From positions 15,380 to 79,379 of the forward strand of contig CAZZVQ010000009.1 in NCBI GenBank assembly GCA_964657565.1: a DNA stretch of 64,000 nt, read 5' to 3'. Source of the DNA: an uncultured Acetobacteraceae bacterium. GTDB lineage: Bacteria > Pseudomonadota > Alphaproteobacteria > Acetobacterales > Acetobacteraceae. Positions 9,544 through 17,400 of the stretch are shown here, in pieces. The notes beneath the pieces were generated by a model that ran no database searches, had not been told where the DNA came from, and worked only from the letters and a program-made list of their open reading frames with translations. How positions within the stretch are numbered: position 1 is the stretch's first letter; every line of letters starts with the position of its first letter. The position numbers and the translations under genes are program-made.

Positions 9544-10190
9544 CCGCCGTCTGGGACCGCGCGTCCGTCCCGCAGCTCGCCGTCGACCTGATCGCCCAGG
9601 TGGAGCGATTCGCCGGGACAGCCTACGACGATGGCAGCGGCAACTGGACGATCGGTTACGGCTCGCTGCACATGCCGAATGGGGCATCTGTCCGCCGCGG
9701 CATGACGATCTCGCTGCCCGATGCCAAGTTACTGCTGGGCCAGCAGATGAGGACCTGGGTAGCGGCGATCTGCGCCAACGTCCACGGCACCATGACGGCC
9801 AATCAGGCCGCCGCGCTGATCTCGTTCGTGCACAACCTCGGGGCCGGCGTCCTGCACGGCTGCACGATGATAGCCATGATCAACGCCGGCCAGTGCCAGT
9901 TGGCATCGCGGCAATTCGGCGGCTGGGTGATGGCGAGTGGCCAGAAATCACTGGGTCTGATGCGACGGCGCGAACTCGAGCGGCGGATATTCGTCGGCGG
10001 CGATCTGTCCTGCTACGCCTCGGTCTGGGCGCTCACGAAGGCGGATCTGCTGCCGATTTATCAGCAGGCCTTTGCCGACGCCGCTGCCTGGCACCGAGAG
10101 GCGGTGACACCGCCTGCTGGCGTCAGTCGGGCGCCCGAACAGACCACCGACGAGCTCAACGCGGCAAGCTTGCAAACGGCGCGCAACTGA
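9540..10190 (+). CDS. Phage endolysin, GH24 (lambda R / T4 lysozyme-like muramidase)
   Basis: The segment VERFAGTAYDDGSGNWTIGYG contains the E-x8-D-x5-T catalytic triad pattern of GH24 lysozymes. The protein is 216 aa with a C-terminal extension. No N-terminal SAR-like hydrophobic segment is present. Confidence 0.9.
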   Translation: MTAVWDRASVPQLAVDLIAQVERFAGTAYDDGSGNWTIGYGSLHMPNGASVRRGMTISLPDAKLLLGQQMRTWVAAICANVHGTMTANQAAALISFVHNLGAGVLHGCTMIAMINAGQCQLASRQFGGWVMASGQKSLGLMRRRELERRIFVGGDLSCYASVWALTKADLLPIYQQAFADAAAWHREAVTPPAGVSRAPEQTTDELNAASLQTARN

Positions 10191-10244
10191 TCTGCGGCTG
10201 CGGTCTGCGGGCGTGAGGGCGTTGGGCTTGCGGGGGCGGGACAA

Positions 10245-10823
10245 TCATACCTCCTGGCGCAAAATCCAGCGTAGCCGTCCAACTGATCCGACTGATAATC
10301 CCAAAGCTTGTGCCACCGCAGCTCGAGGTAATTCGCCAGCGAGTAACTCTCTTGCCGGCTCTGCGCGCCACCATCCAGCCTCACGCAACGTCTTGCCGAG
10401 TATGAGCAAGCGCGCTCGTTCTACGGCTCCATGTTTTCGACCATGCCTGCTTCCGAACTCTTCAATGGTCAGGTCACAGAGGTCGCAAATCCTCTCCTCC
10501 CACCAAGCCGCATGGTCATCATGCCAATCGAGCCCCAGCATTGATTTGAGACGTTTGACCGTTGTCGAGCCGAGCGGCAGGTCTACGCCGCGTTCAGGGT
10601 ACCTGCGACCGTGCAAGTATTCAAGCAATGCAGCAGTGCAGATTACCGTCTTTCCTTGTCTAGTCGGAATATTGGGGCGGCCCAATAAGATATCGAACCC
10701 GTGTGCGGTAGGGCGAGCTTCAGAAATCCGCCACCGATCACCCCAAACATCGAACACAATGGTCACTTCAGATTTCGAAGCGGAGCCAAGCGCCCGTGCC
10801 CTAGTAGGGGCCGGCGGGCTCAA
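10245..10823 (-). CDS. Hypothetical protein with C-terminal HTH-like segment; low-GC prophage cargo gene
   Basis: 192-aa ORF. The track start is TTG, a GTG about 19 codons downstream is also possible, so the start is uncertain. Codon third positions are A/T-rich, unlike the neighbours. The C-terminus LPRAAVAQALGLSVGSVGRLRWIL is HTH-like. The start overlaps the upstream stop. Confidence 0.55.
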   Translation of the reverse strand: MSPPAPTRARALGSASKSEVTIVFDVWGDRWRISEARPTAHGFDILLGRPNIPTRQGKTVICTAALLEYLHGRRYPERGVDLPLGSTTVKRLKSMLGLDWHDDHAAWWEERICDLCDLTIEEFGSRHGRKHGAVERARLLILGKTLREAGWWRAEPARELLAGELPRAAVAQALGLSVGSVGRLRWILRQEV

Positions 10824-11101
10824 CTTGGCGCGCTCTCCCGCCTCAGCCTATCGGCTAGATTATCTAGTGCCATCGCCCGTTCTTGCGTGATGCGCAGCAG
10901 GTCTATCCAAACACCCGGTGCGACATCGTCCGCGCCTGACGCCCAGCGGCGGATTGTGCGGTCGGACACTCCAAGTTCCCGCGAGATTTCCGTCTGCCAG
11001 CGAGACCCATACAGGGCTTCGCCGCAGTCGTGCAGAAGTTTGCTCACGTCTCTACCAGCCTTCGCGAATAGTGCCTTCTTGGGTGACCATGTCGCCGACA
11101 T
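10820..11101 (-). CDS. Small HTH DNA-binding protein (Cro/antitoxin-like)
   Basis: This lies in the frame of ORF 10820..11404, and only the C-terminal part is plausible. The HTH reads WQTEISRELGVSDRTIRRWASG. An ATG at 11101 would overlap the upstream 72-aa gene by 50 nt. The alternative GTG at 11047 leaves a 4-nt gap. Confidence 0.6.
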   Translation of the reverse strand: MSATWSPKKALFAKAGRDVSKLLHDCGEALYGSRWQTEISRELGVSDRTIRRWASGADDVAPGVWIDLLRITQERAMALDNLADRLRRESAPS

Positions 11102-11270
11102 AACCAACGACCCAGCGGCGCGCGTCGTGCCCGGCGAAAGTCTTGTCGGCGTCCTTGCGGGCCGAGACGACGCCGGTGCGGCTGATTTGGACGCTGCCGG
11201 CATCATAGCGGTTGCTGTCGGCGATGACCCGGCGAACGGCGGTGCGGACGGTGGCGGTGATCTTGAACAT
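11052..11270 (-). CDS. Small protein of unknown function (72 aa)
   Basis: It has an ATG start preceded by aaggg, and the frame has consistently high GC3 (ttc aag atc acc gcc acc gtc cgc ...). I recognise no motif. Confidence 0.6.
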   Translation of the reverse strand: MFKITATVRTAVRRVIADSNRYDAGSVQISRTGVVSARKDADKTFAGHDARRWVVGYVGDMVTQEGTIREGW

Positions 11271-11478
11271 CTGAGAGCCCTTTGCCCTTTGCGGCGGGGC
11301 CGATCCCCATCCGCTGATGTCCTAAATATAGGACATCGTTGGAGGGATTGCAACATGAGATTGAGCCCAAGTTTGGTTTGCGAAACCCGAAGCGGAACGC
11401 CCATGTTGCCTCAAAATCCGACAGATTATGCAAACAGGTCAGCGGAAATCCTGCGAAACCCCGGAACTACGAATCTGG

Positions 11479-11511
11479 GGGTTGGAAGTTCGAGTCTTTC
11501 CGGGCGCGCCA
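11479..11511 (+). other. tRNA 3'-end fragment (T-arm + 3' acceptor strand + CCA); putative prophage attR core
   Basis: The T-arm is GGAAG-TTCGAGT-CTTTC (T-stem, canonical T-loop, T-stem with one G-U pair). It is followed by CGGGCGC (3' acceptor strand), G (discriminator) and CCA. The complementary 5' acceptor strand GCGCCCG is absent from the preceding ~100 nt, so this is not a complete tRNA. Confidence 0.6.
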
Positions 11512-11606
11512 TTTTGGCTTTCGTCGGCGAGGTGGGAAACGACGGCGAGGCGGGCGCCAGCACGATCGGCGTGTCTAGTTCTCCGATGAACCTCCCCAAA
11601 CCCGTT

Positions 11607-13361
11607 TCACTTGCCTTGCAAGGTGTAGGATCGGCGAGCCTCTGGCGGCACGACCCGGCTGGACGGTGTGACAGCGGAAGCACTCTCGAGAGCTGCCTGT
11701 CGTTCTGGCTCGGCCATCTCCAGGTCGGCCTCCCGGGCGGGCGTTTCGCCGGGCGGGACGAACTCGTCGAAGCCTAGACTGGCATCGTAGCCATTGCTGG
11801 CCGCGATCGCGCGGACGCAGTTTCTGCCGTCCCGCTTGGCGGCATAAAGCGCCTTGTCGGCGAGTTGCAGCAACTCGGTCCCAGTGGACCCGACGCGAGG
11901 GGTCATCGTGGCCACCCCGATGCTCACCGTCACGTGTTCGATCGGATGTGCCGCGTGCTCGATCTCGAGCTCCTCGACCGCGGTTCGGATGCGTTCAGCC
12001 ATGCCGTGGGCCGCTTCGGGGCTCGTGTCGGGCAGAAGCGCCACGAATTCCTCGCCGCCGAACCTGGCCGTCATGTCGTCTGGCCGTCGCACGTGCTTCC
12101 TCATGCAGGCCGCGATGGCGCGCAACACGTCGTCCCCGGCGAGATGGCCATACGTGTCGTTGAACGATTTGAAAAAATCGGCATCGAGCATCAACACCGC
12201 CACCGGCGTCCCGTGGCGCACGGCCCCGCGGAAGGCGCGCTCGAACGCGACGTCGAACGCGCGACGGTTGACCAATCCGGTCAGCCCATCCGTCGCGGCC
12301 AGCACCGAGAGTTGTTGGGCGGCCATCGCCAAGGCCCGCTCCGTCTTGGCCCGGCGCGTCATCTCGCGCTGAAACAGCAGCGACGATGCGACCGCCGCCG
12401 CACAGAGCAGGACGATGACGGGACCGATCACCATCGCCTTGCGCCGCCATGGCGCGTAGATTTCCTCGGTCGACAGATTGACGGCGAGTACCAGCGGTAG
12501 GTCGCCGATACGGCGGAACGTGTAGAGCCGCTCGACCCCGTCCGTCGATGAGACGGCGACATACTGTCCCGAACGGTCCTGCAACAGCCGCGTGACATTG
12601 GATTTGTATGGCGCCAGATCGACATCGATATCCTCCGCTCTGAACGGGGAACCGACCAACATGTGGCCGTCGGTGCGGATAAGGGAGATCGTGCCTTGCT
12701 TCCCGACCTGCAGCTTGTCGAACAGGTGACGGAAATATTTCAGGCGAAGAGATGCCGACACGACACCGGCAAATGCGCCGGTCGCATCAGGAACACGCCG
12801 GCTGATGGAGAACCTGAAATCGCCGCCGCCGATCCGACTCCTGAATGCGCGGCTGACAAACAGTCCGACACCTGGATCGTGCTCATGGACCTTGAAATAG
12901 TCCCGATCGCCCAAGTTCACGTCGTGCGGCACAGCCGACGTCGAGTCTTCTACGATCTGGCCGTCTTTGTTGAGGACCAGCAGCGCGCCCAGGTCTTCCG
13001 CCGTCGCCGAGCGGTCGAACAAGGCATGATACCGAACCCCCGGGGTCGCCGCATCGATCCCCGGCTCCGCCAAGGCCTCGATCAGGCCCTGGAGCGACAG
13101 GTCCACGATCGTGATGTTGCGGCCGATATCCCGCTCCAGCGCGAGCAGCACGTTGCCCGCACCTCGCTCGGCCTGTTTCCAGGCGTCGTGACGGCTCGCC
13201 AGCAAGGCGAAGCTGCCGAGAGCCATCATGCAGAGCGCGACACTGATCCCAAGCGACATCAACCACCACGATCGGCTGGCCCCGTTCTGGGAAGCTACAG
13301 CAGTTTCAGAAATCGTGGTCATCTCCGCGCGGCTGGCACTGGTCGTCGCGCGCTCGATCAT
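11607..13361 (-). CDS. Diguanylate cyclase with N-terminal TM and periplasmic Cache-like sensor domain
   Basis: The GGDEF domain carries RFGGEEF with an RPDD (RxxD I-site) just upstream. There are an N-terminal TM segment (WWLMSLGISVALCMMALGSFALLA) and a second TM before the cyclase domain. I chose the ATG at 13361. The track start at 13691 would run into the divergent ABC-F gene. Confidence 0.9.
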   Translation of the reverse strand: MIERATTSASRAEMTTISETAVASQNGASRSWWLMSLGISVALCMMALGSFALLASRHDAWKQAERGAGNVLLALERDIGRNITIVDLSLQGLIEALAEPGIDAATPGVRYHALFDRSATAEDLGALLVLNKDGQIVEDSTSAVPHDVNLGDRDYFKVHEHDPGVGLFVSRAFRSRIGGGDFRFSISRRVPDATGAFAGVVSASLRLKYFRHLFDKLQVGKQGTISLIRTDGHMLVGSPFRAEDIDVDLAPYKSNVTRLLQDRSGQYVAVSSTDGVERLYTFRRIGDLPLVLAVNLSTEEIYAPWRRKAMVIGPVIVLLCAAAVASSLLFQREMTRRAKTERALAMAAQQLSVLAATDGLTGLVNRRAFDVAFERAFRGAVRHGTPVAVLMLDADFFKSFNDTYGHLAGDDVLRAIAACMRKHVRRPDDMTARFGGEEFVALLPDTSPEAAHGMAERIRTAVEELEIEHAAHPIEHVTVSIGVATMTPRVGSTGTELLQLADKALYAAKRDGRNCVRAIAASNGYDASLGFDEFVPPGETPAREADLEMAEPERQAALESASAVTPSSRVVPPEARRSYTLQGK

Positions 13362-13472
13362 GCCGGGAATGCCTAAACGAAGACTTAAGACCGGCGCCGC
13401 ATTCGGATCAGGCGGCAGTTGTTGCAGCGCACCAGTCGAGTTAAACAGCCCCCTTCTTCTGCTGGGTTCCAC

Positions 13473-15092
13473 ATGCTCCGGATCGACGACCTGGTGTTCA
13501 ACGCCTGGGGACGGCGTTTTTTCGACCGTGCCACCGTCACACTGCCCACCGGCACCAAAGTGGGGCTGGTCGGCCGCAATGGCGTGGGCAAGTCGACCCT
13601 GTTCCGTCTCATTCTCGGGACGTTGTCGCCCGATAGCGGCGCCATCGAGCTGCCCCGCGGCGCCCGCATCGCCAGCGTCGATCAGGAACATCCGGCCACG
13701 CCGGTCAACCTACTCGACACGATCCTGGCCGCCGACGAGCAGCGTGACGCGCTATATACCGAGTTGGAGACCGCCGAACCGGAGCGGATCGCCGATATCT
13801 ACGCCCGCCTGGCCGAGATCGACGCCGATCGCGCCCCGGCCCGGGCAAGCGAGATCCTGGCCGGCCTCGGCTTCTCGACCGAGGATCTGACGCGGCCGAT
13901 GGCCGAGTTCTCCGGCGGCTGGCGCATGCGGGTGGCGCTGGCGGCGGCCCTGTTCGCCGAGCCCGATCTGCTGCTGCTCGACGAGCCCACCAACTATCTC
14001 GACCTGGAAGGGGCGCTGTGGCTCGAAGCCCGGCTCGCCAAGTATCCGAATAGCGCGCTCATCATCAGCCATGACCGCGAATTGCTGAACCAATCCGTCA
14101 ACGCCATCCTGCATCTCTCTGACGGCAAGCTCGATTTGTATCCCGGCGGCTACGACGATTTCGAGCGCCGGGTTGCGGAGAAGCGCCGGTTGCAGGCGGC
14201 ATCGCGGGTCAAGCAGGAGGCCGAGCGGGCGCACCTACAGAGCTTCGTCGACCGCTTCCGCGCCAAGGCCAGCAAGGCGGCACAGGCGCAGTCGCGCATC
14301 AAGCGGCTCGCCAAGCTCGAGCCGATCGCCGCCATCTCGGGCGAGCATACGGCCCCGTTCACCCTGCCCTCGCCGCCGCGCCCGCTGGCCCCGCCGCTGA
14401 TGCGGCTCGAAGCGGCCAGCGTCGGCTATGACGGCGACCCGGTGCTGCGCGACATGAACCTGCGCCTCGACGTCGACGACCGGATCGGTCTGCTGGGCGT
14501 CAACGGCGCGGGTAAATCCACCTTCGCCAAGCTCGCCGCCGGCGCGCTCACGCTCTCGGCCGGGCACATGCAGCGCGAGCGGCGCATCGGCGTCGGCTGG
14601 TTCCATCAGCACCAGATCGAGGCGCTCGACCCGGACGACACCCCGCTCGACATCCTCCGCCGCGCCCGGCCCGAGGATAGCGAGCAATCCTACCGGTCGC
14701 GCCTGGCGATGTGGGGCATCGGCTTCGAGAAGCAGTCGACCACCGCGGCGAACCTGTCGGGCGGCGAACGGGCGCGGCTGCTACTGAACCTCGTTGCCAT
14801 GGCCGCGCCGCATCTGCTGATCCTGGACGAGCCGACCAACCACCTCGACATCGACAGCCGCCGGGCTCTGCTCGATGCGCTCAACGATTATGGCGGCGCC
14901 GTCATCCTCATCACCCACGACCGGTCGCTGATGGAGCTGGTCGCGGACCGGCTGTGGCTGGCGGCGGACAACACGGTGGCGCCGTTCGAGGGTGACATGG
15001 ACGATTATGCGCGGTTGGTGCTGGAACGGGCGAAGGTGGCGGCGCCGGGTCAAGGCCGGGCAGCCAAGGGCAAGCGCAAACGCGCGGCCTGA
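13473..15092 (+). CDS. ABC-F family ATPase (two ABC domains, no TM domain)
   Basis: Two Walker A motifs (GRNGVGKST, GVNGAGKST) and two LSGG signatures (FSGGWRMR, LSGGERAR) are present. The C-terminal tail is basic. ATG at 13473 (MLRIDDLVF...). Confidence 0.9.
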   Translation: MLRIDDLVFNAWGRRFFDRATVTLPTGTKVGLVGRNGVGKSTLFRLILGTLSPDSGAIELPRGARIASVDQEHPATPVNLLDTILAADEQRDALYTELETAEPERIADIYARLAEIDADRAPARASEILAGLGFSTEDLTRPMAEFSGGWRMRVALAAALFAEPDLLLLDEPTNYLDLEGALWLEARLAKYPNSALIISHDRELLNQSVNAILHLSDGKLDLYPGGYDDFERRVAEKRRLQAASRVKQEAERAHLQSFVDRFRAKASKAAQAQSRIKRLAKLEPIAAISGEHTAPFTLPSPPRPLAPPLMRLEAASVGYDGDPVLRDMNLRLDVDDRIGLLGVNGAGKSTFAKLAAGALTLSAGHMQRERRIGVGWFHQHQIEALDPDDTPLDILRRARPEDSEQSYRSRLAMWGIGFEKQSTTAANLSGGERARLLLNLVAMAAPHLLILDEPTNHLDIDSRRALLDALNDYGGAVILITHDRSLMELVADRLWLAADNTVAPFEGDMDDYARLVLERAKVAAPGQGRAAKGKRKRAA

Positions 15093-15177
15093 CACGCTCT
15101 TCGCGCTACACCAACCGTTAACCAACGGGTGCTAGACTGGACTCGCCGGTGAGAACTGGCGGGAGAAATCGAGTTAT

Positions 15178-15789
15178 ATGATCAAGCGTCTTTATATGAT
15201 GGCGGCGGCACTCGCTGGATTTGCTCTGTGTTCGTTCGCAGCCAGCCTGGCCCACGCGCAGGGTCAGAGCCCAGCCGCTTGCCCGACCGTTCCGGTCGAG
15301 ATCGTCCGCTCCCGCGGCGGGGTGATCGATAACCTCGGGAGCGTGCCAAACATCCCCGATCTCTGCCGCATCACGCGCTCGGGCGAGACGGGCGACTATT
15401 ACTATGGCATCTGGAAGACCGATTGGCCCGGCGCCGGCGACGCCTACCCCGCCATTAAGTCGGTGATCCTCGCCGGGGTCAACGCCCGCGCCAGCTTCAT
15501 CACGCGCTCGGCTCCGGGCATGCAGTGGGTCGACACCTTCGTCAACGAGGGCTTCGAGGATCTGGTCGTCGATGGTCGGCGCTACGCCACGCTGCGCGTC
15601 ATGCATGAGCGTAACGGGATCGAGGGGAACACCTACCACTCGCTGATCACGAGTTGGCGGGACGTGAAGACCGGTGTCGGCTTGCAGACCTACGAGCAGC
15701 AGATCTCGGGTCAATCCTATGGGCCCGACACCACGTGGCACGCGATCAAGGTCCTGCCGCTTCCGCCGGGAGCCGCGCCGGCGAGCTAG
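15178..15789 (+). CDS. Secreted protein of unknown function (paralog of 23059..23706)
   Basis: The signal peptide is MMAAALAGFALCSFAASLAHAQG. A shared block PDLCRITRSGETGDYYYGIWKTDWPGAGDAYPAIK matches PDLCSMRVGGEAVQGWYGIWLTDWPGAADAYPALT in the paralog. Confidence 0.75.
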   Translation: MIKRLYMMAAALAGFALCSFAASLAHAQGQSPAACPTVPVEIVRSRGGVIDNLGSVPNIPDLCRITRSGETGDYYYGIWKTDWPGAGDAYPAIKSVILAGVNARASFITRSAPGMQWVDTFVNEGFEDLVVDGRRYATLRVMHERNGIEGNTYHSLITSWRDVKTGVGLQTYEQQISGQSYGPDTTWHAIKVLPLPPGAAPAS

Positions 15790-15847
15790 TGGTCGCGTCG
15801 CTCCCGATTTGCCACTAATGGAGGGGCAACAACGGACGGGGAACGCC

Positions 15848-17059
15848 ATGGCATTATCGGGCCGCCGTTTCTTCATCGCCGGCGCTGGCGCGCTGGGAGC
15901 GTCGGCGGTGGCTGCGCGAGCTTGGGCCGCGGACACGGTGGACCTGCGCCTCAACGGCCAGCCTCATCAGCGGGAGCTCACCACCGCCTTCCCGCAAAAG
16001 GGCGCCATGGTGCTGCAGCGGACCCGGCCACCGCTGCTGGAGACCCCGTTCGAGGTGTTCGACCAGGGCGTTTTCACGCCCAACGACCGTTTCTTCGTCC
16101 GCTGGCACTGGTCCGTCATCCCCGAAACGGTGGATCCCGCTACATTCACCGTCGCCGTGCGCGGCCACGTGAACCGGGCGCTGTCGCTCAGCATGGCGGA
16201 CATCCTGTCCCTGCCCCGGGTCGAACTGGCCGCGATCAACCAATGCTCCGGCAACTCGCGCGGCTTGTTCCAGCCGCGGGTGGCGGGCGGCCAATGGGCG
16301 AACGGGGCGATGGGCAACGCGAAATGGGGCGGCGTGCGGCTGCGCGACGTGCTCGACCAGGCCGGCGTGAAGCCCGGCGCCGTCGCGGTGCGCTTCACCG
16401 GGCTCGACCAGCCGCCGATCGACACCGCGCCTGACTTCATGAAATCGCTGGGGATCGATCATGCGCGCGATGGCGAGGTGATGCTCGCCTATCAGATGAA
16501 CGGCGAACAACTGCCGCTGCTGAACGGTTTCCCGCTGCGCCTCGTCGTGCCGGGCTGGTTCTCGACCTATTGGGTCAAGATGCTCAACGACATCGAAGTG
16601 CTCGACAAGCCGGATGATAATTACTGGATGAAGACCGCGTATCTCATCCCCAAGACGCCCGGTGCCAACGTCAAGCCCGGCGAGACCGGCTTCCCGACCG
16701 AGCCGATCAACCGCATGGTGCCACGCTCCTTCTTCACCAACGTGACCGACGGCACCATCGTCGAACCTGGTGCGCCGGTGAGGTTGCGCGGGATCGCCAT
16801 GGGCGGCGATTGCGGGGTCACCGCCGTCGACCTCTCCTATGACAAGGGCGCGACCTGGATGCCGGCCACGCTCGGGGCGGACGAAGGCAAGTTCAGCTTC
16901 CGCCGCTGGACGGCCGACACGACCGCGTCGCCGACCGGCCTCGTGGCGATGGTGCGCGCGACCAACAGCAAGAACGAGGTGCAGCCGATGGAAGCCAACT
17001 GGAACGCCGGCGGCTACCTGCGCAGCGTCGTCGAATCCGTCCACCTCGCTGCTGCCTGA
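15848..17059 (+). CDS. sorA: Molybdopterin-dependent sulfite dehydrogenase/oxidase catalytic subunit (SorA-like), Tat-exported
   Basis: The twin-arginine signal is MALSGRRFFIAGAGALGASAVAARAWA. The body is SUOX-family-like (NQCSGNSRG, GAMGNAKWGGVRLRDVL, PLRLVVPGWFSTYWVKML). A mono-haem cytochrome c gene lies immediately downstream. Confidence 0.8.
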   Translation: MALSGRRFFIAGAGALGASAVAARAWAADTVDLRLNGQPHQRELTTAFPQKGAMVLQRTRPPLLETPFEVFDQGVFTPNDRFFVRWHWSVIPETVDPATFTVAVRGHVNRALSLSMADILSLPRVELAAINQCSGNSRGLFQPRVAGGQWANGAMGNAKWGGVRLRDVLDQAGVKPGAVAVRFTGLDQPPIDTAPDFMKSLGIDHARDGEVMLAYQMNGEQLPLLNGFPLRLVVPGWFSTYWVKMLNDIEVLDKPDDNYWMKTAYLIPKTPGANVKPGETGFPTEPINRMVPRSFFTNVTDGTIVEPGAPVRLRGIAMGGDCGVTAVDLSYDKGATWMPATLGADEGKFSFRRWTADTTASPTGLVAMVRATNSKNEVQPMEANWNAGGYLRSVVESVHLAAA

Positions 17060-17067
17060 GGAAGCCC

Positions 17068-17400
17068 ATGTCCTACGCGCCCCTCATCGGCGGGCTAACC
17101 GCCCTCGGCCTCCTCACCGCCAGTCACGGCACGCTGGCGCAGCCCGTGACGTTGCGTGCCGTCACCGTCGAGCTCCCCGGCAGCGACCGCGCGCTGCCGC
17201 CCGGACCCGGCGCCGAGTTGGTCACCAACAACTGCACCGCCTGCCACTCGCCCGGCATGATCCTCACCCAGCCGGCGCTGAACAAAGCCACCTGGCTCGG
17301 CGAGGTCACAAAGATGCGAAGCACCTACAAGGCGCCGATCGCGGACGAGGACATCGACCCAATCGCCGCCTACCTCGCCGCCCTCCCCGTCCCCCAATAG
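17068..17400 (+). CDS. sorB: Mono-haem cytochrome c subunit (SorB-like)
   Basis: 110 aa with a signal peptide and the CxxCH haem motif (CTACHS). It starts 8 nt after sorA. Confidence 0.75.
   Translation: MSYAPLIGGLTALGLLTASHGTLAQPVTLRAVTVELPGSDRALPPGPGAELVTNNCTACHSPGMILTQPALNKATWLGEVTKMRSTYKAPIADEDIDPIAAYLAALPVPQ

Larger units (their letters stand above)
1..11511. mobile_element. Prophage right arm (partial, continues left of window): tail-fibre/depolymerase module, lysis cassette, reverse-strand cargo genes, tRNA-fragment attR
   Basis: A co-directional, tightly packed (+) gene string encodes Fn3/Ig tail-fibre-like and beta-helix proteins, membrane proteins and a GH24 lysozyme with the E-x8-D-x5-T triad. 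A lower-GC reverse-strand block follows, then a tRNA T-arm/acceptor/CCA fragment lacking a 5' half at 11479-11511. Ordinary host genes follow immediately. Confidence 0.8.

Noticed and set aside
11435-11511. Possible complete tRNA or tmRNA gene
   Set aside because: Only the T-arm, 3' acceptor strand and CCA are present. The 5' acceptor complement GCGCCCG is absent within 100 nt, there is no D-arm, and the nearest stem closes a 10-nt loop. Downstream sequence shows no tmRNA tag ORF (ANDN...AA-type) or pairing partner. I interpret it as an att-site fragment.
1-11511. Diversity-generating retroelement or gene transfer agent interpretation of the tail-fibre region
   Set aside because: No reverse transcriptase or template/variable repeat pair was seen. 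The dedicated lysis cassette, cargo genes and tRNA-fragment junction fit an integrated prophage better than a GTA. This cannot be fully excluded without the upstream sequence.
10701-11777. 358-aa ORF on the + strand crossing the prophage/host junction
   Set aside because: It crosses the low-GC cargo genes in antisense, then the tRNA fragment, then the 3' end of the GGDEF gene. The composition changes along its length and no motifs are present.
13362-13691. N-terminal 110-aa extension of the GGDEF ORF (track start 13691)
   Set aside because: It would overlap the divergent ABC-F gene and its promoter. The ATG at 13361 precedes the first TM segment.
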